Positions 1 to 10,030 of a DNA stretch of 29,615 nt are shown here, piece after piece. Source of the DNA: a virus (lineage: Duplodnaviria; Heunggongvirae; Uroviricota; Caudoviricetes); IMG/VR virus record IMGVR_UViG_2654587686_000021, positions 1 through 29,615 of that record; one strand, given 5' to 3'. The position numbers were made by a program, and so were the translations under genes. The number at the start of each line of letters is the position of its first letter. Position 1 is the first letter of the stretch. Below the pieces are notes generated by a model. The model made no database searches. It saw only the letters and a program-made list of their open reading frames with translations, and had not been told where the DNA came from.

Positions 1-1209
1 ATGTCGGTTTTTCATAACTGGCTGCTTGATATCGCAAGCGGGAATTACTTTATCTACATCAAACGCCTTTCTGCAAACGACACAGGCGCAACAGGTGGCC
101 ATCAGGTCGGACTTTATATCCCCTCAAATATCGTTGAAAAGCTTTTTCCATCTATCAATCATACTCGCGAACTGAACCCTTCAGTCTTCCTTACTGCGCA
201 TGTATCATCCCATGATTGCCCTGATACCCAAGCACGCGCAATTTATTACAACAACCGTTATTTTGGTAAGACCCGAAACGAAAAAAGAATTACGCGCTGG
301 GGGAGAGGAAGTCCATTACAGAACCCTGAAAATACAGGAGCCCTCACAATTCTTGCTTTCAGGTTAAACGAACAGAACACTGACTGTTCCGAGGTAGATA
401 TATGGGTCTGCGTCAATCCCGATGAAGAGGATATCATCGAGTCTGCTATTGGCGAAATCATACCTGGAACCCTAATTTCCGGCCCTGCCGGACAAATTTT
501 GGGCGGATTGTCTCTTCAGCAAACTCCAGTAAATCATAAATATGTTATTCCTGAAGACTGGAAGAAGCGTTTTCCTTCTGGAAACGAAATTATTCAATAT
601 GCTGCTGGCCATTATGCTAAAAACTCCAAGGATCCAGATGAGCAACTGATTGACCGTCGGCGTGTCGAGTATGATATTTTTCTACTCGTCGAGGAATTAC
701 ATGTTCTTGATATTATTAAGAAAGGATTCGATTCTGTAGATGAGTTTATTGCATTAGCCAACTCTGTCAGTAATCGACGTAAATCAAGGGCAGGTAAATC
801 ACTTGAACTTCACCTAGAGAAGCTTTTTATCGAGCACGGACTACGGCATTTCTCCACTCAGGCAGTTACTGAAGGTAATAAAAAACCAGATTTCCTGTTT
901 CCTTCAGCAGAGGCATATCATAACGTTGAATTTCCTGTAGAAAACTTACGTATGCTGGCAGTAAAGACCACCTGCAAAGATCGCTGGCGTCAGATACTGA
1001 ATGAAGCAGATAAAATCCATCAGGTACATTTATTTACGCTGCAAGAAGGTGTTTCTTCAGCACAATACCGGGAAATGAAAGATGCGGGTGTCAGACTCGT
1101 TGTACCATCAACTTTACATAAAAAATACCCAGAAGCAGTTAGAGAAGAATTAATAACGCTCGGAGCATTCATTACTGAGCTGATAGAACTTTACGCTGAA
1201 CTATCATAG
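1..1209 (+). CDS. ecoRIIR: Type IIE restriction endonuclease, EcoRII-like (CCWGG)
   Basis: 402-aa ORF starting exactly at window base 1. N-terminus MSVFHNWLL...KRLSANDTGATGGHQVGLYIP matches my recollection of R.EcoRII (about 404 aa). Convergent with a Dcm/M.EcoRII-family methyltransferase 35 bp away. Upstream region is outside the window. Confidence 0.75.
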   Translation: MSVFHNWLLDIASGNYFIYIKRLSANDTGATGGHQVGLYIPSNIVEKLFPSINHTRELNPSVFLTAHVSSHDCPDTQARAIYYNNRYFGKTRNEKRITRWGRGSPLQNPENTGALTILAFRLNEQNTDCSEVDIWVCVNPDEEDIIESAIGEIIPGTLISGPAGQILGGLSLQQTPVNHKYVIPEDWKKRFPSGNEIIQYAAGHYAKNSKDPDEQLIDRRRVEYDIFLLVEELHVLDIIKKGFDSVDEFIALANSVSNRRKSRAGKSLELHLEKLFIEHGLRHFSTQAVTEGNKKPDFLFPSAEAYHNVEFPVENLRMLAVKTTCKDRWRQILNEADKIHQVHLFTLQEGVSSAQYREMKDAGVRLVVPSTLHKKYPEAVREELITLGAFITELIELYAELS

Positions 1210-1214
1210 GCTGA

Positions 1215-1237
1215 CTCCCGGCTTAAAAGGCCGGGAG
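1215..1237. terminator. Hairpin between convergent R and M genes (8-bp stem ctcccggc/gccgggag, 7-nt loop)
   Basis: Perfect inverted repeat seen directly between R stop (1209) and M stop (1244). No strong U-tract on either side, so terminator function is uncertain. Confidence 0.4.
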
Positions 1238-1243
1238 GTGTTC

Positions 1244-2677
1244 TCAAGGCTGCCCAGTCTTACCAGCATCAGCAGAAACAGCTTTGAGGATATAGGGTTC
1301 CAGAAGTCTGGCAACGGCTTCAAATACTGGCACCACAACGGAGTTACCGAACTGCCGATATGACTGAGTATCTGAAACCGGAATACGGAATGGTTTCCCT
1401 CCAGGTTTTTCAAACCCCATAAGGCGTGCGCACTCTCGGGGAGTCAGCCTGCGTGGTCGACGAGCCTGGTTACTCTCATTCATAAAGTCAGCCTCTCCCG
1501 TTGCCATATCCCAACCACGATCAATAAGAATTTCTGATCCGTCTTTGTGATATCTGGCAGAAAGTGTGCGTGCAATGCTTTCCTTATTCTCAGGATTGAC
1601 CAACCCAAAGCCAAAACCATTCCCCTTGGCTGCATGCTTTTTGGCGTAGTTATAAAGGTACTCCCATAGTTTTGGCGTAAGTATATATTTACTGTCGACT
1701 ACAGGCTCCAGCAATTCACCAAATGATGGGCGGTGTTCCGGATAAAAACGACTGATATCACGCAAGGTAAACCCCTTGTGAATATTCAGATCTCGTCTAA
1801 ATCCGACCAGAACAATGCGTTCACGATGCTGAGGCAAAAAATGCTTCCCATCGATAATCTTTGGATCGTTTTTTCCCATTTCTGCAGCATCGGCAACTTC
1901 GTAGCCCAGCTCGTCAAGGGTCTCCATAATGACTTTGAAAGTTTTACCCTTATCATGGCTCTTCAGATTTTTGACATTTTCCAGCACAAAAATTGCCGGT
2001 TTTTTTGCTCGTATAATACGTGCCACGTCAAAAAAAAGTGTTCCTTGTGCTTCACATTCAAAACCATGCGCACGACCAAGTGAGTTTTTCTTACTAACAC
2101 CAGCAAGGCTAAATGGCTGGCACGGGAACCCCGCAAGAAGCACATCATGATCCGGCACATGCTCATCAATATATGCATAAGCATCCGTTTCCAATACATC
2201 GGTTTTATCACTCAGCGTGACTTCCCGAATATCGAGATTGAATTTATGCACCTGTTCATCGTTAAACCAGTTGGCCTTGTATGTACGCACAGCATCTTTA
2301 TTCCATTCACTGGTAAAAACACACTGGCCTCCAATGGCCTCAAAACCTTTCCGTATCCCTCCAATTCCAGCAAATAAGTCAATGAAGCGGAAAGCATATT
2401 CCGGATGGTTTGCAGGTGGTTCTGGTAGCATCTTACGCAGAAGAGACTCTTCTACTGAAGTCAACGATTTTGGTAAACACTTGCCATTAATCCAGCGGTT
2501 GATGGTTTCACGGCTCCACTCATTTTTTCCGACTTTTCTCAGTAATTCAGCCACATACTTCTGATCATAGATTTCCAGCACTTTCTCGATAAGCTTTTTA
2601 TCATTTTCCTGTCGCAGCTTTTCTTCCGCCTCGGCTTCCTTCAGCAGATGCTGTGCCAACACTTCAAATTCAGACAT
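1244..2677 (-). CDS. ecoRIIM: DNA cytosine-5 methyltransferase, Dcm/M.EcoRII family (CCWGG-specific)
   Basis: C5-MTase motifs in the translation: [10 protein letters not shown] (motif I, AdoMet binding), [11 protein letters not shown] (motif IV, catalytic Cys), ENVKNL (motif VI), [10 protein letters not shown] (motif X). Start moved from ORF-track 2719 to the ATG at 2677 (MSEFEVLAQ...), which has a GGAGGA ribosome-binding site 4 nt upstream and gives 477 aa. Confidence 0.88.
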   Translation of the reverse strand: MSEFEVLAQHLLKEAEAEEKLRQENDKKLIEKVLEIYDQKYVAELLRKVGKNEWSRETINRWINGKCLPKSLTSVEESLLRKMLPEPPANHPEYAFRFIDLFAGIGGIRKGFEAIGGQCVFTSEWNKDAVRTYKANWFNDEQVHKFNLDIREVTLSDKTDVLETDAYAYIDEHVPDHDVLLAGFPCQPFSLAGVSKKNSLGRAHGFECEAQGTLFFDVARIIRAKKPAIFVLENVKNLKSHDKGKTFKVIMETLDELGYEVADAAEMGKNDPKIIDGKHFLPQHRERIVLVGFRRDLNIHKGFTLRDISRFYPEHRPSFGELLEPVVDSKYILTPKLWEYLYNYAKKHAAKGNGFGFGLVNPENKESIARTLSARYHKDGSEILIDRGWDMATGEADFMNESNQARRPRRLTPRECARLMGFEKPGGKPFRIPVSDTQSYRQFGNSVVVPVFEAVARLLEPYILKAVSADAGKTGQP

Positions 2678-2984
2678 AATTCCTCCAAGGGGTCTAATGG
2701 GTGAAACTCTATCACTCATTCAACCCAGAAGGAAATGTTTTATCTGGATATTTAAACAGTGACTACAACGTAATCTAGCACTGGTGATGCTTTGTTAGGC
2801 ATAGAGAATCATTCTATATACGACTAATGACAGAAAAACAGCAGACAAGTAGTTTGTTCATAAATTAACGCATACTACGTGCCTACGGTTTTCGAGACCG
2901 GTCCAATCATCAAACGAAACATAAAATTAGCTCACATTATGAGGAAAAGTATCTTTTTTGTACTATGTAAATTCAAAGGCTTAG

Positions 2985-3854
<870 letters not shown>

Positions 3855-3876
3855 GTCTTTAAGTGATAAGCATAAA

Positions 3877-3909
3877 CCGCAGCACGATCTTGCATACGAC
3901 GTGCTACGG
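3877..3909. terminator. Imperfect hairpin between convergent GIY-YIG and invertase genes
   Basis: ccgcagcacg / cgtgctacgg (one mismatch) with 13-nt loop, followed by tttcattt on the plus strand. Confidence 0.4.
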
Positions 3910-3911
3910 TT

Positions 3912-4502
3912 TCATTTATCTCCGACCGGAAACTTCTTATACAGTGTCGATATACCAACATCATAGATGATCGCCACCTTCTGGCGAGGAACGCCTGATG
4001 CAATTAATCGCCCGGCCTGCGCCCATTGTTCTGGTGTAAGTTTGGGACGACGTCCACCAATTCGTCCCTGTGCGCGAGCAGCTTCCAGTCCAGCTTTTGT
4101 TCGTTCAACAATCAGTTCTCGTTCCATTTCAGCCAGGGCACCCATCACATGAAAGAAAAAACGCCCCATCGGTGTGCTGGTATCAATAGCATCCGTCAGG
4201 CTGCGAAAATTAACGCCACGTTCGCGCAACTCCTCAACCAGAATGACCAGATGCCGCATACTACGCCCTAGCCGATCCAGCTTCCAGACAACCAGAGTGT
4301 CACCTGCCGATAATGTCCTGAGCAGTTTTTTCAATCCCGGCCTTTCGGACTTTGTACCGCTTATCTTGTCTTCAAAAATCAGCTCGCATCCTGCACAGTT
4401 CAGCGCATTACGTTGTAGATCTGTGTTCTGGTCATTTGTTGACACACGTACATAGCCAATAAGCATGGTAGATCTCCCTGACAAAAGCAGGAATGATGCC
4501 AT
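3912..4502 (-). CDS. pin: Serine recombinase, DNA invertase of the Pin/Gin/Hin family
   Basis: N-terminal catalytic region LIGYVRVSTNDQ, resolvase-type core, and a C-terminal helix-turn-helix (RRPKLTPEQWAQAGRLIASGVPRQKVAIIYDVGISTLYK). Lies immediately beside an inverted-repeat-bounded tail-fibre segment. Confidence 0.9.
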   Translation of the reverse strand: MASFLLLSGRSTMLIGYVRVSTNDQNTDLQRNALNCAGCELIFEDKISGTKSERPGLKKLLRTLSAGDTLVVWKLDRLGRSMRHLVILVEELRERGVNFRSLTDAIDTSTPMGRFFFHVMGALAEMERELIVERTKAGLEAARAQGRIGGRRPKLTPEQWAQAGRLIASGVPRQKVAIIYDVGISTLYKKFPVGDK

Positions 4503-4532
4503 TTGCTCGTTATTTCTGCATTTTCATAAACG

Positions 4533-4563
4533 TTGGTTTGGGAGAAGCGGCAAAACGGAATGT
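4533..4563. repeat. Left inverted repeat / crossover site of the invertible tail-fibre segment
   Basis: 31-nt core ttggtttgggagaagcggcaaaacggaatgt is the exact reverse complement of 6035..6065. The flanking aaac(g/c)ttggttt resembles the AAACCnnGGTTT core of hix/gix/pix sites. Confidence 0.8.
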
Positions 4564-4900
4564 AGGTAACGAGCAAAACCAAATTCCGGATATGGCGGCG
4601 TTTGCCAGTTCACTTTCATCAACGGGGTTTCAAAAACTCCCTTCAGGTCTGATTATTCAGTGGGGTATTGTCAGTGGAGCATCAAACTATACGGTGACTT
4701 ACCCGGTAACATTCCCAAATCGTTCACTTGCGCTGTTGGCTGTGCCACATACAACGTCGGTGGCTGGTATATCTGCAATGGGCATAGCGAACTGTTCTGA
4801 TATCAGCAAATCACAGTTCTATATAATTGTTGGCGGTATATCTCAGGGAGAAATTGTCAAATATGAAAGGTCCTGTTTTTGGGTAGCAATCGGTGTATAG
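4564..4900 (+). CDS. Alternative tail-fibre C-terminal variable segment (silent orientation; joins the constant N-terminal part only after inversion)
   Basis: The plus-strand frame continues directly out of the left inverted repeat. It shares [11 protein letters not shown]...NQIPDM with the active fibre gene and then diverges. It has no start of its own; the ORF-track portion 4493..4532 is upstream of the repeat and not coding. Confidence 0.6.
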
Positions 4901-4908
4901 GTATATCT

Positions 4909-5304
4909 ATGATTTATTTCTCAAAATCGACTAATGGTTTTTTCTTTGATGGTATAAACAGCGACATGCCTGCTGACATTGTTGAGATAAGTACAGACTT
5001 ATACAATGAATTAATTGCCGGACAGCAGGAAGGGGGGGAATTAATCACGTCAGATGAAAATGGTTTACCGGTACTGAAATCTCCGGCGATTGATTATGTC
5101 GCACGTGCTGAAAATCAGCGAATGCAGTTACTTGCTCATGCCGATAATGTCACAGCTGACTGGCGGGTGGAATTAATGCTTGGTGATATCAGCAGTACAG
5201 ATAAAGAAAAACTATCTGCCTGGATGGACTACAAAAAAGAAGTAAAAGCCGTCGACACTTCGACGGCTCCTGAGATTAGCTGGCCTGAGTTACCGGAGGT
5301 GTAG
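4909..5304 (+). CDS. Tail fibre assembly protein (Tfa), partner of the silent fibre segment
   Basis: N-terminal MIYFSKSTNGFFFDG and C-terminal [12 protein letters not shown] are the conserved ends of Tfa chaperones (lambda Tfa ends VDTSTAPDIEWP). The first ATG is 4909; ORF-track start 4879 is a TTG. Confidence 0.7.
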   Translation: MIYFSKSTNGFFFDGINSDMPADIVEISTDLYNELIAGQQEGGELITSDENGLPVLKSPAIDYVARAENQRMQLLAHADNVTADWRVELMLGDISSTDKEKLSAWMDYKKEVKAVDTSTAPEISWPELPEV

Positions 5305-5695
5305 GCCATTCAATATCTGGCGCACCGGAAGTATCGACCAGTTCCAGTGCGTCCAGGTAATCCAGCCACAAATTATATTGTGCCAGTTCCTCACCTTTCA
5401 GCCGGCCAATAGCCGCTTTACCAGGCCATTGTTTACTGTTCATATAATCGTTGGCCTGTTCAATAAGTATATTTTTCATTCCCTCCGCTTCAGCTATTTC
5501 CTGTTCCTGTGTCTTCGCTGGATATTCAGTAAGTATAGGGTAGTTATCCGGGCTATTGATAATAATTTTCCCCGTACTCTGACCATTCATAAGTTCATAA
5601 TAAAGAGCATCTTCAATATCGAAAGCATCATCGGGAATATCGCTGTTGTTTTCAGAGAAAAATCCCTGAACAGATGGGGACCATTTCATTTTCAT
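5276..5695 (-). CDS. Tail fibre assembly protein (Tfa), active orientation
   Basis: C-terminal [13 protein letters not shown] Tfa signature. Start ATG overlaps the fibre-gene stop (ATGA). Confidence 0.8.
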   Translation of the reverse strand: MKMKWSPSVQGFFSENNSDIPDDAFDIEDALYYELMNGQSTGKIIINSPDNYPILTEYPAKTQEQEIAEAEGMKNILIEQANDYMNSKQWPGKAAIGRLKGEELAQYNLWLDYLDALELVDTSGAPDIEWPTPPVTQAS

Positions 5696-6354
5696 AATTT
5701 CCCAATTCCTAAAATATGGACATCATCAGCCTTACGGGCATTCCAGGTGACAATTACATCGGTAGAGTGACGATTAACTGAGATTGCGTATGCTTCGTTA
5801 GTCGAGCCAGAAACTTTTGTGGCAAACACAGCAAACAGGACACCAAATGACTGGGGCCATTTATAGCCTGACAGCTGATAATTACCATTATTCAGTGTTA
5901 CAGCTTTGGCTGCTGCACTTGATGGAATCGTCAGCCACTGGAGTATCAACCCTCCTGGCAAAAGTTGTTTTCCGTAATAATCCCTCACCCCACTAAATGA
6001 AACCATGTCCGGTATCTGATTTTCCCCTGTGCCCACATTCCGTTTTGCCGCTTCTCCCAAACCAAGGTTTTCGAGAGCCGTTTTCACCGTGCCATCCGAT
6101 TTGATATCGCTAAACGGATTCTTGCGGCTTAACAGCAGCGCACGAAGCGCGGTAAGCAGCTGGTCATGCCGCCCCTTCTCCAGGCTGGCACCGGATGCCT
6201 CCACCACGCTGCAGAGTTCTTCCTGCAACATATCAAAGTAGTCATCATCAAGATCGGTGGCAGGTGTGCCGGTCTGGGGGTTACCACGGGTAAAACCGTT
6301 TTTACCCGCGCCGAACTTATCCTTCTGCGCGGTTTTCGTGTCTATACGATGCAT
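5692..6354 (-). CDS. Tail fibre protein (e14 StfP/YcfK-like); constant N-terminus outside and variable C-terminus inside the invertible segment
   Basis: 220-aa ORF that crosses the right inverted repeat at GLGEAAKRN. Gene order follows YmfQ-like and baseplate J-like genes, as in e14. Confidence 0.8.
   Translation of the reverse strand: MHRIDTKTAQKDKFGAGKNGFTRGNPQTGTPATDLDDDYFDMLQEELCSVVEASGASLEKGRHDQLLTALRALLLSRKNPFSDIKSDGTVKTALENLGLGEAAKRNVGTGENQIPDMVSFSGVRDYYGKQLLPGGLILQWLTIPSSAAAKAVTLNNGNYQLSGYKWPQSFGVLFAVFATKVSGSTNEAYAISVNRHSTDVIVTWNARKADDVHILGIGKL
6035..6065. repeat. Right inverted repeat / crossover site of the invertible segment
   Basis: Exact reverse complement of 4533..4563 (31 nt), lying inside the fibre gene. 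Confidence 0.8.
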
Positions 6355-6357
6355 GGA

Positions 6358-6942
6358 TTACTCCGGATATTTAAAAATTACGTAGGTATGCGACGGGCAG
6401 AGTTTGTTAAGCACACACTCGACAACGGTGTCGCCCCATATACGCAGCGCGGAATCACAGGGATCGCCACATGTCATCCAGGTGGTGTTGGTGGCGGCTG
6501 GCATGTTGATCTGCCAGTAATACCGCCATTCCGGCGCATTCACCTCGTCAGTACAGGCCGATGAGCAGGTGAAGGTGCTTTTGTCGTATCGCGTGATGGT
6601 GGCATCTGGCCTGCCCAGGGCAGCAAGCTGTGCAAGATAAAAATCCTCGTTGATGCCGCCCGCCAGGTTAACCTTCGCATCCAGCCGTTGCTGACGCTGG
6701 CGAAGGGTCTGCGCTCCCGCCGGAATACATTCATCCGGCAGACCGCACAGACGCTCCCAGCGGTTTATCAGTTCAGTGGTGGTGCGCGGATCCAGCTCCC
6801 GCATCAGGGCATCCGCACGCTGATGAACGCGGGTTAATGACGGTGCCGCACCGGCAATCGCCGGATCTCTGGCTGACCACGCCGGACCGGGTGGCAACAG
6901 TGCCGACAACAGACGGATGTAATCATCGTTTGTCACGTCCAT
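6358..6942 (-). CDS. YmfQ-like tail/baseplate protein (Mu gp48 position)
   Basis: Size and position between baseplate J-like and tail-fibre genes. Called from gene order and my recollection of the e14 layout. Confidence 0.65.
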   Translation of the reverse strand: MDVTNDDYIRLLSALLPPGPAWSARDPAIAGAAPSLTRVHQRADALMRELDPRTTTELINRWERLCGLPDECIPAGAQTLRQRQQRLDAKVNLAGGINEDFYLAQLAALGRPDATITRYDKSTFTCSSACTDEVNAPEWRYYWQINMPAATNTTWMTCGDPCDSALRIWGDTVVECVLNKLCPSHTYVIFKYPE

Positions 6943-7991
6943 GAAATCGTCCCCAGAACCGCCAGTTCATTTTTCGCAATGGAGATATTGTCTGCCGGTG
7001 CAAGCAACTGATGGCTATATTCCCCGTTCGCACCGGAAATCGCCTCACTGATACGCGATACCTTCAGTTCTCCCTGCGGATAACCATCACGCAGAAGAAA
7101 CGAACGCAACTCCGCGGTGATGGCGGCTCGTATTTCTGGTGTGTCCGGCGTCACGCGGATATGAAAATCCACCGTATGTGCCACCGGCCTGAATACATAC
7201 AAATCAGAGCCTGCCACCGGGGCCAGTGGCACGATATGTTGTCTTGCTGCCGTTTCCGTTGATTCTTCCGGAATGGGATTAATCAGGTCACTGCTGGCAA
7301 TCATCACACCGACAGTTCCCGTTCCCATCCAGTGACGGTATGTCCATGCGCGGGTAATGCCGGGCACTTCTTTAGCCCAGACGACATAGTCCCCGTCAGC
7401 CCCGCCCTGAGGCGTCCAGTAATACCGCTCAATGACGCGGGCGCGCCACGTTTCCAGCTCTTCAGTATCAAATCCGCCTGTAAGGGTGTCAGCCACACCG
7501 GAAGACGGCAGACCATTCACCGGCGTGACCAGGATTAATGCCGTACCGTCGTCAGCGTTACCGACCGCACCTGCACTTGAGCAGGCGATCGGCACGCGCA
7601 GGACACCACCGGAGCTGGTTGCATCGGCAGTTGCCGTGTACTGAACCAGGTCATCGCGCTGAATAACACTCCCGGCGGTCACCTTCAGGCCATCGCTGAC
7701 ACCTTCCCAGCGCATATACCCGCTGGCAGCCGTGGCCCCCTTGCGCGGACACCGTTTCATCGCAGCATGTCGCGCCAGCCAGGACTCATCGCACAGGTCA
7801 GGCAGCATGTTCATTGCCAGATAATCGATGTAACCGTAAACCGTATGCAGCGCCGCCGCATACACCTTTGCCCGCACGTCTTCATCCATGCGCCGGAGCG
7901 TGTCGCTGACGTCCAGCCTGGCGAATAAATCGTTACGGAGCATACTGATATTTTCTGCCAGCGTCGGGCGCTGAAATTCACTGTCCGCCAT
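6933..7991 (-). CDS. Baseplate J-like protein (Mu gp47-like)
   Basis: 352 aa, in the baseplate block with overlapping start/stop codons with neighbours; called from position and composition. Confidence 0.75.
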   Translation of the reverse strand: MADSEFQRPTLAENISMLRNDLFARLDVSDTLRRMDEDVRAKVYAAALHTVYGYIDYLAMNMLPDLCDESWLARHAAMKRCPRKGATAASGYMRWEGVSDGLKVTAGSVIQRDDLVQYTATADATSSGGVLRVPIACSSAGAVGNADDGTALILVTPVNGLPSSGVADTLTGGFDTEELETWRARVIERYYWTPQGGADGDYVVWAKEVPGITRAWTYRHWMGTGTVGVMIASSDLINPIPEESTETAARQHIVPLAPVAGSDLYVFRPVAHTVDFHIRVTPDTPEIRAAITAELRSFLLRDGYPQGELKVSRISEAISGANGEYSHQLLAPADNISIAKNELAVLGTISWT

Positions 7992-8406
7992 GCGTTATCG
8001 CACTCCACAGATCATCAAAAGAAATCATTACCGGTCCGTCACGACGCCAGAGAGTGATACTGTTACCCAGTTCATTAATCCCGGTGCGGCGGATATCCAG
8101 ATCAATACGGGACACCACGCCGTCATCAATCATCCATTGCAGGCATTCGCGGATATACCCCCTTACCGTCTGCACCAGCTGATTGGTCAGTTTGCTGCGC
8201 TGAAGCAGCCACAGTCGGGAGCCGTAACGGTCATTCTGTACCGCAGGCCAGGTATCCCCCCACCATCCCATCGGGACGTCGGCGTTGTCATCAGGCTCCG
8301 CCCGCCGCCAGGTAAACAGGGAAATCACCACGGCGCGGGTCAGCGGATCCAGTTGTGCGCTGGCGCAGGTGCGTTTACCGTTCACCGTCAGCCACAGTTC
8401 CATCAT
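7978..8406 (-). CDS. Baseplate protein, Mu gp46 / gpW-like
   Basis: 142 aa, between V-like and J-like genes, translationally coupled. Confidence 0.65.
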   Translation of the reverse strand: MMELWLTVNGKRTCASAQLDPLTRAVVISLFTWRRAEPDDNADVPMGWWGDTWPAVQNDRYGSRLWLLQRSKLTNQLVQTVRGYIRECLQWMIDDGVVSRIDLDIRRTGINELGNSITLWRRDGPVMISFDDLWSAITHGGQ

Positions 8407-8951
8407 GCCTCCATCGCTTTATCAGGTTTGTCGGTGTTACTGCCCTGACCGTTCTCTCTGTGACGATGCCCGTTATAGGCAAGCCGCATCGCTGACATGG
8501 TGGTGCCGGTGGAGTCGCACAGGTCTTTCACCTGTCCGGTCACTTCTAGGTCCATTTCAAAACGTGCCTTAGGCGCATTGCGAAACGTGATCGTTTTACC
8601 TGCACCGTCCACCACGATCCCCTCCCGGGCCAGCGTCACGGACTGCCCCTGATCGTCATAGACAGCCACCTCACCCGTCTGCAGCCCTTTCAGGCGGTAG
8701 CGCCGGTCCGACACCGTAACAACCACCGCATGAGAACGGTCGCCATCCGGAAACAACACCACCGCTTCCGCACCGCTGTTTGCCCTTGCGGTAAAACCGT
8801 AGGGTTCAAGATGTTCAACCCCGGCTTTGGGTTCACCGGCAATCAGGGACACATCCACGGTCTGACATTTCGTGGCGGCACTGATGCTTTTCACCACTGC
8901 CCGCCCAATCAGGCCGAGGAGTTGTCGCTGCATGGCTTCAATCGTCCTCAT
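8403..8951 (-). CDS. Baseplate assembly protein V-like (central spike, Mu gp45-like)
   Basis: 182 aa at the V position; start overlaps upstream gene stop. Confidence 0.7.
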   Translation of the reverse strand: MRTIEAMQRQLLGLIGRAVVKSISAATKCQTVDVSLIAGEPKAGVEHLEPYGFTARANSGAEAVVLFPDGDRSHAVVVTVSDRRYRLKGLQTGEVAVYDDQGQSVTLAREGIVVDGAGKTITFRNAPKARFEMDLEVTGQVKDLCDSTGTTMSAMRLAYNGHRHRENGQGSNTDKPDKAMEA

Positions 8952-10030
8952 CAGAACGGGTCCTCCTGTACTCTGGCTTTTTTCTTTTTCCGCGCGCCGG
9001 GGGCTTCGGGTTCAGGCAGATAAGCATCAGGTGGGCCGACACGGATTTCCGTCATGGTGCCGTTCTGGTCCTGAGTGAACGTGACTTCCGAGACAAGCAG
9101 TTCGGTATTGTCGAAACCACAGACCGGATCGAAGACAATCACCCGCTGGTTGGGCTGCCACAGCGTACCGTTACCCTGTCGCCAGCCCTGCACCAAATAG
9201 GTGGTTTCATCCGTCCGCGCCGCCCGTTGTCGGGCTTCAAAGTCAGCACGCGCAATACAGCCTGCCCCCGTGGCCTGCCCTGTCTGCCTGATATACATCG
9301 GACGGTAACGGGCAATAAATGCGTCCTCTGTGCGGGCCCGCAGCGCGGTGGTGGTGGCCTCACCGAAATCATCGTCGTTCCCGGCACGCTGCCCCGCCAC
9401 CTGGTAAACAGAAAATCGCTCCCGGATACTCTTCTCCGTATCGCAGGAAAGGATGTTTTCCCCGAGTACCAGCGCAGTATGTGCCCGCGTTGAGCCAATA
9501 CCGCCAATCACCAGCCTGCCGTGCGGGTCGTCGTAAGCCAGTGCCTGCTGCTGACCGAGTATTTTGTTGATTACCTCAATCACCGTTTCACCGTGATCAG
9601 GCTGAACATCAGGAATAACACCCGACGGCGCACCGCTGTTCACCACCTCAATGCCGAAAGGCGCAGCAAGCGCCTGCGCAATCTGCACCAGCGAGCGTCC
9701 GTTAAACTGTGTCGGTTCGGCTGCACAGTCAATCAGGTCAGCCGTCAGACTACGTCCGGCAATACCGGTGCTGACCGAACGGGCATCGTAACGAACGGGA
9801 GTCGCCTCCACCCAGCCGGTGATCACCAGCTCATCACCAATCAGCACTTCCACTTTTGAACCGTTTTTAATGCGCGGCTGAAGCGTGGTGATACCCTCAT
9901 CTCCCGGCCACTGGCGAGTGATCTCCACACTGAAATCCCGCGCCAGCCGTTCAATACCGGCACCGATGCGCACCGATGTCCAGCCATTCCACTCCCGGCC
10001 ATTTACCCGTAGCGTGACATTGTCGTTCAT
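8951..10030 (-). CDS. Mu P-like / P2 gpD-like tail baseplate hub protein
   Basis: 359 aa immediately downstream of the Mu N-like gene, as in Mu-type tail modules. Confidence 0.65.
   Translation of the reverse strand: MNDNVTLRVNGREWNGWTSVRIGAGIERLARDFSVEITRQWPGDEGITTLQPRIKNGSKVEVLIGDELVITGWVEATPVRYDARSVSTGIAGRSLTADLIDCAAEPTQFNGRSLVQIAQALAAPFGIEVVNSGAPSGVIPDVQPDHGETVIEVINKILGQQQALAYDDPHGRLVIGGIGSTRAHTALVLGENILSCDTEKSIRERFSVYQVAGQRAGNDDDFGEATTTALRARTEDAFIARYRPMYIRQTGQATGAGCIARADFEARQRAARTDETTYLVQGWRQGNGTLWQPNQRVIVFDPVCGFDNTELLVSEVTFTQDQNGTMTEIRVGPPDAYLPEPEAPGARKKKKARVQEDPF

Larger units (their letters stand above)
4533..6065. other. Invertible DNA segment (e14 P-segment-like tail-fibre host-range switch)
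   Basis: Bounded by the 31-bp perfect inverted repeats. Contains two alternative fibre C-terminal coding segments and two tail-fibre-assembly genes in opposite orientations, with the invertase adjacent. Confidence 0.8.

Noticed and set aside
1733-2564. Several plus-strand ORFs (1733-2083, 1929-2150, 2147-2377, 2217-2564) and a minus-strand ORF (1963-2211) inside the methyltransferase gene
   Set aside because: They lie entirely within or antisense to a methyltransferase ORF that has all its conserved motifs; no start or ribosome-binding signals; typical spurious frames.
4493-4532. Annotated N-terminus of the 4493-4900 ORF upstream of the left inverted repeat
   Set aside because: The frame opens inside the invertase start region only by chance; real coding begins within the inverted repeat and needs inversion to acquire the fibre N-terminus.
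3967-4582. ORFs antisense to or overlapping the invertase gene (3967-4152, 4026-4271, 4174-4455, 4400-4582)
   Set aside because: They overlap a confidently identified serine recombinase on the opposite strand and have low-complexity translations.
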